A stretch of DNA of 64,000 nt from Lachnospiraceae bacterium (GTDB lineage Bacteria; Bacillota; Clostridia; Lachnospirales; Lachnospiraceae). Of this stretch, positions 26,686-34,584 are shown in pieces; within the stretch, counting starts at the first letter, position 1, and every line of letters begins with the position of its first letter. The notes beneath the pieces are model-generated. The model ran no database searches. It worked only from the letters and a program-made list of their open reading frames with translations, and was not told the DNA's origin. The stretch is from positions 9,334 to 73,333 of the forward strand of contig JAITGA010000015.1 of assembly GCA_031280955.1 (NCBI GenBank), read 5' to 3'. Made by a program: the position numbers and the translations under genes.

Positions 26686-27549
26686 TTATTCGTCCAGCAT
26701 CAGGGGCTTTTTCTTCGCTTTTCGTTTCAAAGCTGCGATTTGTTCACGCTCCACCTGTGATATACCCTTTTCCGGTACAGGTAAATTTTCTGGCATAGTC
26801 CCACCCAAATCCTTGATGGTCTGGCGGACCCTTTTGCCGACAGTATAGTGCGTAGTGACTGCTGCTTGCGCTCCTTGTATGTTTTCGCGTTTTAGTTTGC
26901 TCTCGGTTTGTGTAATTCGGAATAAATTTGCCGCAAGCTCTTCGCTTCCCATAAAATCAAGAATTTTCTCTTTTGGCTTCAACCCTTTTTTCGTATGTAT
27001 GTCATCAACATCAAGACCACCGTATAATCCTTTGTATCCGGCGTTTTGAAAAATTGCATATTCTGCATTCGTTATCAGTCCGGCATTGCGGGCAGCTTCG
27101 GCAAGCATCTGATTCCATTGCTTGATATTGCCGCGCACAACGAGCCGTTTGTTATCTTCATCAAGTTGATTAAAGTAATCTGCGACTTCTTGGCGTCGCG
27201 TTTGTATAGCAAAATAAGTTTGACCGAATGCGATGACTTCTTTACGCGGATCACCGTTTTGAACAACAAGGTAACAAGCATAACGGGAAAGTTCATAATC
27301 TATGACGCACCTGTTAGTTCCGCTTCCTATCTCGACCATTTTGTTGACCTCAACAAAATGGTCTTCCATGTCGAAACCACTGTTTTTACAGGAAAGCCTC
27401 GCCTTATCAAGAACCTTTGAAAAATTACGCCATTCGGTATAATCTAATTCAACGGATAGTTCACGAGCCAGCCAGTATTCACCGCCGTCATCGCGAATGT
27501 GCTTAATGTCTTCGAATCGCTTGTATTCTTTAGCTCTTAGTTCACTCAT
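26686..27549 (-). CDS. dinD: DNA damage-inducible protein D (DinD)-like
   Basis: FEDIKHIRDDGGEYWLARELSVELDYTEWRNF..VLDKARLSCKNSG ... DYELSRYACYLVVQNGDPRKEVIAFGQTYFAIQTRRQE matches the DinD family pattern as I recall it. Confidence 0.75.
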   Translation of the reverse strand: MSELRAKEYKRFEDIKHIRDDGGEYWLARELSVELDYTEWRNFSKVLDKARLSCKNSGFDMEDHFVEVNKMVEIGSGTNRCVIDYELSRYACYLVVQNGDPRKEVIAFGQTYFAIQTRRQEVADYFNQLDEDNKRLVVRGNIKQWNQMLAEAARNAGLITNAEYAIFQNAGYKGLYGGLDVDDIHTKKGLKPKEKILDFMGSEELAANLFRITQTESKLKRENIQGAQAAVTTHYTVGKRVRQTIKDLGGTMPENLPVPEKGISQVEREQIAALKRKAKKKPLMLDE

Positions 27550-27758
27550 AGCAGTCCCTCCGATAACTTATCCATTGGTTTACGACCGGGCTTATATTTG
27601 CCCGTGCGTGTTGGTTTCGGTGTATTTTCAGGTATTGCCCACGCATTGCCAAATTTCGACGAACCCTCTATTTTGCCATTCTGACAAAGCAACTGCACCT
27701 GACGCACCGATACATTCCAACGTTCCGCCATTTCCTCGGCTTTCACATATCCATTCAT
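27546..27758 (-). CDS. Excisionase/MerR-like helix-turn-helix protein
   Basis: 70 aa. AEEMAERWNVSVRQVQLLCQNGKIEG..KFGNAWAIP is a typical HTH_17-like motif. It overlaps the dinD start by 4 nt (operon). Confidence 0.65.
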   Translation of the reverse strand: MNGYVKAEEMAERWNVSVRQVQLLCQNGKIEGSSKFGNAWAIPENTPKPTRTGKYKPGRKPMDKLSEGLL

Positions 27759-27796
27759 CGCAGACCTCCATCGTAAGATATACGGCTTCTATATAC

Positions 27797-27825
27797 ATTA
27801 TATTCGTTTTCTCGCAGAATTGCAA
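27797..27825 (-). promoter_or_regulatory. Sigma-A promoter TTGCAA-N17-TATAAT (minus strand) for the HTH-dinD operon
   Basis: On the minus strand, TTGCAA lies at 27825-27820 and TATAAT at 27802-27797, with a 17-nt spacer. Confidence 0.5.
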
Positions 27826-27910
27826 GCGAAAAATCGAAAATCTGTAAAATTTGTAAATTAATAAGCATAGCAGATTGCACACTCTATTCATTATAATGTT
27901 AGTTATTGGT

Positions 27911-28546
27911 TTATTTTTCTTGTAAACCTCTCTTTTCAAAATAATCTTTATGGTTTTCAAAATGATAAATATATCGTGAAATAAATGCTTTATCAGTTGA
28001 AAGAATCGGCATCCTATTAGTTCCTTGCTTGTTATATGCCACACTATTTTCCAATAGAAAATCCGTCAATAAAGCTCTATCATCGCAAATAATGTACCAA
28101 AAATCAGAAATTCTATCATATTCTACAATCGTTAGTTTTTTTATGTTCGGTGATTTTGACCATTCTTTTTTTAACGTTTCTCTTTCTGTATCAAAAAAAT
28201 CATCATGTAACTCATGATTTTTTGGTAATTTTCTCAGCATAATTATACACTCATCAATAGACAAATTCATATTATTGATAAAGTGTTGTGCCTTAGTGCT
28301 TGAGTTGGTAGCATAAATCCTTAACAAATTAATATGTCTCTTCCCATTAATAGATTCAATTTTCTCAAATAGGTTTGAATAGGCATCATTTACTTCATTA
28401 ATGATTTCAACTGCAGTTGTTATGCTTGATTTGTTTTTGTGTGTATTCATAATTTTGTTGATAATCCAATGAACAAATTGGATTGCTAGAAATAATCCCA
28501 CTCCGCTAAAAAGCCATTCTTTGTTATCTGATAACCATGTAACCAT
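27911..28546 (-). CDS. Hypothetical N-terminally membrane-anchored protein
   Basis: 211 aa. One TM helix (WLFSGVGLFLAIQFVHWII). The remainder has no motif I can name. AT-rich, and co-oriented downstream of the kinase gene. Confidence 0.45.
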   Translation of the reverse strand: MVTWLSDNKEWLFSGVGLFLAIQFVHWIINKIMNTHKNKSSITTAVEIINEVNDAYSNLFEKIESINGKRHINLLRIYATNSSTKAQHFINNMNLSIDECIIMLRKLPKNHELHDDFFDTERETLKKEWSKSPNIKKLTIVEYDRISDFWYIICDDRALLTDFLLENSVAYNKQGTNRMPILSTDKAFISRYIYHFENHKDYFEKRGLQEK

Positions 28547-28792
28547 AAACTAGCCTCCTCTGATACGTGTTTTACTATCGTGATTGTCATCTATATTTTT
28601 CTTGTTCCATAATTCCCATTTGTATAATTGCTCTGTTACTAAATAGTGCGTAACTCCGGCTTGTCTTCTTCAGAGATTTTTTTCTACGCTGGTCGCAATA
28701 ACTGTTATTCTTGTAAAATATTCGCACCAATAATCTTTACATTTTTCCATATTCATTTTCCCTCGCTATAAAATGTCGTTTATTTAGTAATA

Positions 28793-31393
28793 TTAAAGCT
28801 GCTCAATAGTAATATTGAAGTTCCTAATAAAAAATCCATCAGATTCAATACCGCTATAAAAGACAACAGCAGATTGATTAGCGCTTAGTTCTTGCGACAC
28901 CATATACACATTATTGATATACACATCTGCAATTTTATCTTTTACATATATTTTTACAGTTGTGAAATCTTCCAGTTCTGTATTAAATATTGAAATCGGA
29001 GCTTTTGAAATAGTCGTTCCATTTCTATATAACTCAAATTGTAAATCTCTTGAACCAAAGGCTTTGGCATATTTAATATGCGGGTCGAAACGAAGGCCCA
29101 AATGGTCTGTACTGGCAATTCCAAAAGCATCTCCAAATTCATTGTCCGCATTGGTACCTAAGCATATTGTTACTAACTTCGAACGATAATTTCCTCTTTG
29201 TTTTACTTCAAACTCGACTATAAAATCGGAATAACCCTTCGGCATTATATTGAGAGCTAAATATCCTTTTTCAACTAACAAACCGTTACTACCATCAAAT
29301 TCTAGTTTACCCGACGATGACCAATTTCTTAATGGCGTCCCGCTCGTAAAACTCTCATTTAATCCTAAATATGCACTCACATCACAAACAGCCATTTCTG
29401 TTCCATCCTCAAGAGATAGAATGATCGTAGTTTTACCAGCAACTTTTGCTTCTACTTTCCCATTATTATCTACTGTAGCTATTGATGTATTATTTGACCT
29501 CCATACCAAGCTAACATTCTTAACTCCTTCAATGTTTGTGTTATATTTCAATTGCTCTGACTCCCCAATTGCAAGGTTTAGAGAATTTACATCAAGAGTA
29601 ACTTCAAATATGCTTAACAGCACACTCATAAACTTTGCAATTTCAAGATTGATTTCTTGTTCAAAAACAGGATAACCTTTTAACAAGTCTTTTAGCTCAG
29701 TTATTCCATTATCATAATCGTTTGATTCTTCTGTGTTTGTATTAATTTCAGAAATACGTGTCATTACATATTCTTTGTCCTTTGTATACATTATCTCGGT
29801 ATATTGTGTAAGAAGCGAAAGAAATTCATTGTCTACTGGTATTAGACTAAGAGCTAAGTTTAATCGGTTGATTATTTCCCCATATGCCTCTTTTGCTTCC
29901 AGTTCAGAAATAGAAGTGAGTATGTCATTTCTGTATAGCTCAATTGACTCATCTAGCTTCGACTGGGCGTTTAGATAATCATCATCCCTGTTAATAACTT
30001 TTCTTAGTTCATCTATCGCTAACATATAGTTCCTATTTGCCATAGCCTGTAAACCATTTTGATATGCCTTGTTAGAGCTTTCTAAATCGACATCTACAGA
30101 AGGTGTAGTAATTGCATCAGATAATATGTTTGCAATTGGATCATTATGATTTCCACCCGGCATAATCGATCTTAGAGCAAAAAACCCAGCCACTATAACT
30201 ATTATCGCAATAGCTACAGCTATTATAGGTTTATTTGATCTATTAGTTGATTTTAGTAGCAAAGCAGATTTTTGATTACTTACTGGAGTCATCACACTCG
30301 GCCTTGGGGTAGAACCTGGTGGCTTGATAGTCGTTTGTGTCAAAGAGGATTTTGGCCTAAATAATTGCGAAAACCTGTTATCCACTTCACACCACGGACA
30401 AGCCGATAACATCTTATAGTATTGGTGGTAAGAAACATTTTTACAGTTCTTTAGTTCATTACGTAAATTTCTTAATGCGTGATGCCAATCTACTGGAGTG
30501 GGGCGACTACTTGGGCTGAAATGACCGTCAATAAATGCCTGCTCAAATAAGTCCTGTATCTCTTTTGGCAAGATTGAAATCTCCGGTGCGTATGCCGGTA
30601 TTTTTATGTTCGGAAAACTCTGCATGAACGGAAATTCGCCTTTAATAATGTTGTCAGACGGCTGCGGAGCTACTACAGATGATTGGCTTGGAATTATTGC
30701 ACAAGCAAATGGATGGACACCATTTATAAGTAGTTGAAAAATATGAATTGATAAAGCAAAACCATCCGTATCTTGCGAAAAGGTTGGCAGCTTTGCTGTA
30801 GCTAAAGTACTGCCTCCACGCATTTTCACTTGGATTTCTCCCGGTAGATATTCAGGGATACCAACATCGCAGCGATAAGTATCATTGCCATCTTTGATAT
30901 GATAAGAATCGGTATCTAAAAAGCAAATATGCCCGGTATTTGGATTTACACTTATGTTTTTCGGATTAAAGTCACCGCATATATGTCCTGCATTATGAAC
31001 AGAATCTAACACTGCACAAAGATTTTCTGCGATAATAATGCGATTTTCCCATGTCATGTGAGGATATTTTGCAGACGAGCCATATTCATAAATGACATTC
31101 AAATCCTCACTAATATCCATCTTAGGCATAATAAAGCCAACAAACTGCCCGCTTTCATAAAGGACATCTTGTGGCCAAGCAATCTGTGACAAAACACTTT
31201 TGTCTGGTGGAAAATCAACCATCCTCACAAGTTTTTTTTCTTTCTCGAGGCTTGTCTTTCCGGGCAGATAAATTTTTGCTATCAACTTCGATTGCCCAAT
31301 AACATCAAAAATTTCGCCTTCACCACCTGTTGCAATTGGTTTTGTTGCTAGTTCGTATAATAATCCACCTTTACCTTTACACTTCATTGTCAT
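28793..31393 (-). CDS. Membrane Ser/Thr protein kinase (YegI/TerY-P-type) with Zn-ribbon-like element, TM helix, extracytoplasmic helical repeats, Big_2 and lectin/DUF1080-like jelly-roll
   Basis: Numbering follows the 866-aa ORF. Gly-loop ATGGEGEIF, Lys in LIAKIY (K40), catalytic loop HICGDFNPKN (D141/N146), LDTDS in the DFG position, and IPEYLPGE. CKNVSYHQYYKMLSACPWCE, then TM helix at aa 388-407. Big_2-like region at aa ~598-672 (LAIGESEQLKY...WRSNNTSIATVDNNGKVEAKVAGKTTII). C-terminal beta-rich region at aa ~680-866. M3 (31387) has better RBS spacing. Confidence 0.85.
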   Translation of the reverse strand: MTMKCKGKGGLLYELATKPIATGGEGEIFDVIGQSKLIAKIYLPGKTSLEKEKKLVRMVDFPPDKSVLSQIAWPQDVLYESGQFVGFIMPKMDISEDLNVIYEYGSSAKYPHMTWENRIIIAENLCAVLDSVHNAGHICGDFNPKNISVNPNTGHICFLDTDSYHIKDGNDTYRCDVGIPEYLPGEIQVKMRGGSTLATAKLPTFSQDTDGFALSIHIFQLLINGVHPFACAIIPSQSSVVAPQPSDNIIKGEFPFMQSFPNIKIPAYAPEISILPKEIQDLFEQAFIDGHFSPSSRPTPVDWHHALRNLRNELKNCKNVSYHQYYKMLSACPWCEVDNRFSQLFRPKSSLTQTTIKPPGSTPRPSVMTPVSNQKSALLLKSTNRSNKPIIAVAIAIIVIVAGFFALRSIMPGGNHNDPIANILSDAITTPSVDVDLESSNKAYQNGLQAMANRNYMLAIDELRKVINRDDDYLNAQSKLDESIELYRNDILTSISELEAKEAYGEIINRLNLALSLIPVDNEFLSLLTQYTEIMYTKDKEYVMTRISEINTNTEESNDYDNGITELKDLLKGYPVFEQEINLEIAKFMSVLLSIFEVTLDVNSLNLAIGESEQLKYNTNIEGVKNVSLVWRSNNTSIATVDNNGKVEAKVAGKTTIILSLEDGTEMAVCDVSAYLGLNESFTSGTPLRNWSSSGKLEFDGSNGLLVEKGYLALNIMPKGYSDFIVEFEVKQRGNYRSKLVTICLGTNADNEFGDAFGIASTDHLGLRFDPHIKYAKAFGSRDLQFELYRNGTTISKAPISIFNTELEDFTTVKIYVKDKIADVYINNVYMVSQELSANQSAVVFYSGIESDGFFIRNFNITIEQL

Positions 31394-31487
31394 ACCTCCA
31401 TATTTGCTTGAATTAAACTTCTAGTTTGGTTATTTATGAATAATGATTTCACCTCTTGTTACCTCGATATTAACTACCTTGCTCCCA

Positions 31488-32510
31488 TCATATAAAGTTT
31501 ATCTCAAAAACCAATTGGCTTTGATTGCAACTTATATCAAATACTGGATTACATCTATATAAAAACCAGTATTGTTCTTTCGCAATAGTGGCTACCTTAT
31601 CTATTATCCCTTCCAAATCATTTACATTTTTCACTTTTGCAATGATATTTTTCTTTCCATGCATTAAGCAGTTTTCTATTATTTTGCCGAGCTGTGTTGA
31701 GTTGTATGCCACCAATGAATTAATTGACATGAAATCATTGCCGACAGTCGTACAAACAGGGATATCATTAATAATCAAATGATCTTTTTTAATATCTTCG
31801 TCTGTAAGGTTAAAATAATCATACCGATTTGTCTTGTTCGTTAAAGTCATGTCAAAAGTAACATCCAAATGATACGCATTTCCATCAACAAAAACAATAT
31901 TCCATGCGTGTCTGTCGTTCTCTGTATTACCAAGCGGATCGGTTGCTTTTCCAAATACAACGATGCTCTTCATCCCAAGATAGTCAAGCGATAGTTTTAC
32001 AAATTTCGCAATGCCCTCACAAACGGCAGTTTTATTAAGAACCAATCCGAGTACGGAGCTTGAATAATTTCCAAACGAATAATCATATTTAAAGTTGTTC
32101 AAGCAATAATCGTGTACATATATCTCCTTATCTATATCGCTTCTTGATTTAATACCATCAAATGCAGTCAAATACTTAAGTATTTCAACTTCTATTTGCT
32201 TAACATCTTTCCGTTTATACTTGTATTCAGGCTGTATTATGATTTTGCTTTTGTATAGGTCATTTACATAGCTGAAAGATGACACATAAAATAGCAAGGG
32301 GCTATCAAGCAAAACACTTTCAAAGACCATGAAAATCTCATTCACCGGCCGCATGGGTAATTCAATTTCAATATTAAAGCTTTTAATACCCGATGCTAAT
32401 CTTTTATATACTGTTTTTTGAATATCATCTAAACAGTCATAATAGTACTGGCCTGTGTATAGGGGAGTTCTTAGTAAATTATGTAATCCTTGTTTTAATA
32501 ACATCATCAA
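31488..32510 (-). CDS. Transglutaminase-like (papain-fold Cys-His-Asp) protein, cytoplasmic
   Basis: Putative triad in the canonical order and context: TAVCEGIAKF (C164), DRHAWNIVFV (H201), YHLDVTFD (D216). No signal peptide is evident. Confidence 0.78.
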   Translation of the reverse strand: MMMLLKQGLHNLLRTPLYTGQYYYDCLDDIQKTVYKRLASGIKSFNIEIELPMRPVNEIFMVFESVLLDSPLLFYVSSFSYVNDLYKSKIIIQPEYKYKRKDVKQIEVEILKYLTAFDGIKSRSDIDKEIYVHDYCLNNFKYDYSFGNYSSSVLGLVLNKTAVCEGIAKFVKLSLDYLGMKSIVVFGKATDPLGNTENDRHAWNIVFVDGNAYHLDVTFDMTLTNKTNRYDYFNLTDEDIKKDHLIINDIPVCTTVGNDFMSINSLVAYNSTQLGKIIENCLMHGKKNIIAKVKNVNDLEGIIDKVATIAKEQYWFLYRCNPVFDISCNQSQLVFEINFI

Positions 32511-32527
32511 GCATCACTAGCCTCCGA

Positions 32528-33442
32528 CTAAGGTTTGGTATCATGTGAGAGTTCCGAATCTGCATCAGCCGTAGTGAAATTTCCTTCATCTTTATACAAG
32601 TGGGGATATGCCTTTTTGTTCCATTCCATTTGCAAGGTATCCCAATCTGGTTCTATGTAGTAGCTATCTTCTTTTAACTCAGGTAAAACTTTATCATTAA
32701 TTAGAACGATTATAGATTTATCATCGGTTATCGAAGCACATCCTTCACCATTAAGGAACTTTTCTCTTTCTTTACCTACTAACTCAATTGTTTCGGGTGA
32801 TGCACCCATGACATTATTATCCATAAAATACCTTATCAATGGAACGTATATTTCAACTGGTTGCCCTTTCAAAAGATATGGAAAAAATACATCATAAACT
32901 CCGTCAGTAGCAAGTAAAACGCTGGTAAAGTTACCTTCTGCCTTATTAATTATCCAGGTATCTTTTCCAGCCCTCAAAGGGATAACATATACATTTTCTT
33001 TTTTTTGTGGTTCCGTGATTTTCATGTAATCACCATCACTAGAAAGACCAACAATCCCACCATCACCGCTATGCCCGTAAGCAACATTTTTGCCATCATA
33101 AATTACAAGCGATAATGTGGTGTCATATTCAATTATTAAGTTACCGTCTGAAAGGGAACGTTTGTCAATTTCTTGCTCCGCATAACTAAAAGCTTTTTGA
33201 ATTATATGTAACAAGTCAGGAGCATCACTTACGGACATTATTTCTTCGCTGCAAACGCGGACAGAAGTTTCGACAGCAATGGACGAAGCAATATCAGAAT
33301 ACTTACAGCTTCCTACACCATCAGCCACAGCAGCTATTACAGTTCCATTTTCTAACCGCTCTGTTTTAATTGAATCTTGATTGCCAACTACTTTTTCCAT
33401 ATGCGAAGAGCCAATTGATGTATAATCATAAAAAAGAACCAT
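32528..33442 (-). CDS. PP2C-family Ser/Thr phosphatase
   Basis: GNQDS, AAVADGVGS, GHSGDGGI, LLATDGVYDVF and TDDKSIIVL motifs. The start is taken at MVLFYDY (RBS GGGAAGGGAGG); the track ORF extends to 33472. Confidence 0.85.
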   Translation of the reverse strand: MVLFYDYTSIGSSHMEKVVGNQDSIKTERLENGTVIAAVADGVGSCKYSDIASSIAVETSVRVCSEEIMSVSDAPDLLHIIQKAFSYAEQEIDKRSLSDGNLIIEYDTTLSLVIYDGKNVAYGHSGDGGIVGLSSDGDYMKITEPQKKENVYVIPLRAGKDTWIINKAEGNFTSVLLATDGVYDVFFPYLLKGQPVEIYVPLIRYFMDNNVMGASPETIELVGKEREKFLNGEGCASITDDKSIIVLINDKVLPELKEDSYYIEPDWDTLQMEWNKKAYPHLYKDEGNFTTADADSELSHDTKP

Positions 33443-33478
33443 GTAACCTGACCTCCCTTCCCAAACATACATAGATTC

Positions 33479-34198
33479 CTACCAATCACTTGTATCCTGC
33501 GGGTCAATTTTCTTAACTTCTTCCGGCAAGCGTGGCAATGCAGGCTTCTCGCCGACACGGCTTACAGAAATAACCTTCATACTTTCAGCAATCCACCGAA
33601 GAACTGGCGCAAAGTCAAAATCGCCAAGCTCCATGATGCGCGGATTTTCGCCTTGATGCATTGTAAGCTTTACTAATGTATTTTTATCGTAGCCAGGAAC
33701 TCCTAATGCCAAAAATCTTAGTTTACCTTGTGATCCTTTGGATTCTTCTAACTCAATCCGCTCTCTGGCACTCTCTATATCATCATTTCCATCAGGCAAG
33801 CCATCGGTAATCATGAATAACCAAGGTATGTAAACAGGCGTTCCCAATTCATTATAGAATCTGTTACGTTCTTTAAGCTGGTCAATAGCTAAGTGGATGC
33901 CTTTACTCATGGCGGTTGTGCCATCAACAGTAAGCGTTATTGGTTCCATTTGCGATATTGGTGTAAACGGAACAACTACTTTTGCCTCGCTGTTAAATGA
34001 AACAATGCAAATATCAAGACATTTTTGCACCATTTCATCGGAAGCAAGATGCTTGCGAAAATCCTTGATAGCTTGATTAAGGTTGTCAATCGCTTCGCCT
34101 TCCATTGAATATGATGTGTCTACTAAAAGAACGCAAGCCATGTGTGCACCTCCAGGATTTGCAATTTTTGGTGTACCAAAAGTTTCTTGTGATATCAT
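33479..34198 (-). CDS. von Willebrand factor A (TerY-like) domain protein
   Basis: Intact MIDAS: DTSYS (D27-x-S-x-S), GTTAMSKG and MITDGLPDG. Strong RBS GGGAGG. No signal peptide. Confidence 0.85.
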   Translation of the reverse strand: MISQETFGTPKIANPGGAHMACVLLVDTSYSMEGEAIDNLNQAIKDFRKHLASDEMVQKCLDICIVSFNSEAKVVVPFTPISQMEPITLTVDGTTAMSKGIHLAIDQLKERNRFYNELGTPVYIPWLFMITDGLPDGNDDIESARERIELEESKGSQGKLRFLALGVPGYDKNTLVKLTMHQGENPRIMELGDFDFAPVLRWIAESMKVISVSRVGEKPALPRLPEEVKKIDPQDTSDW

Positions 34199-34263
34199 TG
34201 TTTTCCTCCCTTTTTTTGTTAGTATGATATATTAGACATGTTTAAAATCATATTACTCATAGT

Positions 34264-34434
34264 TTAGCGTTCAATATTGTAGTCGCCGCGTTCATATGCT
34301 TCATAATTACCGCAATTCTTATAGTTATAATGATCTTTGCAGTAGTAATCCCTATCTCTACCATCTTTATATGTGTTATGATGCTCTGGTGTTACCCTGC
34401 AATATGAGTTAGTATAATCATAAACTGGACACAT
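34264..34434 (-). CDS. Cys/Tyr-rich micro-protein (56 aa; below the track cutoff)
   Basis: My translation is MCPVYDYTNSYCRVTPEHHNTYKDGRDRDYYCKDHYNYKNCGNYEAYERGDYNIER. AAGGAGG lies 9 nt upstream of the ATG. It is the first ORF of the co-oriented string. Confidence 0.45.
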   Translation of the reverse strand: MCPVYDYTNSYCRVTPEHHNTYKDGRDRDYYCKDHYNYKNCGNYEAYERGDYNIER

Positions 34435-34480
34435 GATGACTCGCCTCCTTTCTCATAAAGATCTTAGCTTTAGTCAAGCA

Positions 34481-34504
34481 TATCAAAAGGTATACCTTTT
34501 GATA
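34481..34504. promoter_or_regulatory. Perfect 24-bp palindrome TATCAAAAGGTATACCTTTTGATA (hix/res-like site 1)
   Basis: Read directly from the sequence. The half-site TATCAAAAGG resembles the TTATCAAAAACC half-site of Hin/Gin-family sites (from memory). Confidence 0.7.
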
Positions 34505-34584
34505 ATAATTCTCTGGGATGTTAAAATTTCGATTTAAGGTTGCTTTCACTCCCAAAATAGTTTAAAATAGGAAATAGTTTGAGG

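Noticed and set aside
26630-26848. 72-aa + strand ORF overlapping the dinD 3' end
   Set aside because: It overlaps a terminator hairpin and is antisense to a well-supported gene. It has no RBS or motif.
28548-28754. 68-codon minus-strand frame between the kinase gene and the downstream orphan
   Set aside because: It contains an in-frame TGA after codon 28. It is too short and unsupported to call as a gene, so it is mentioned only as a possible decayed ORF.
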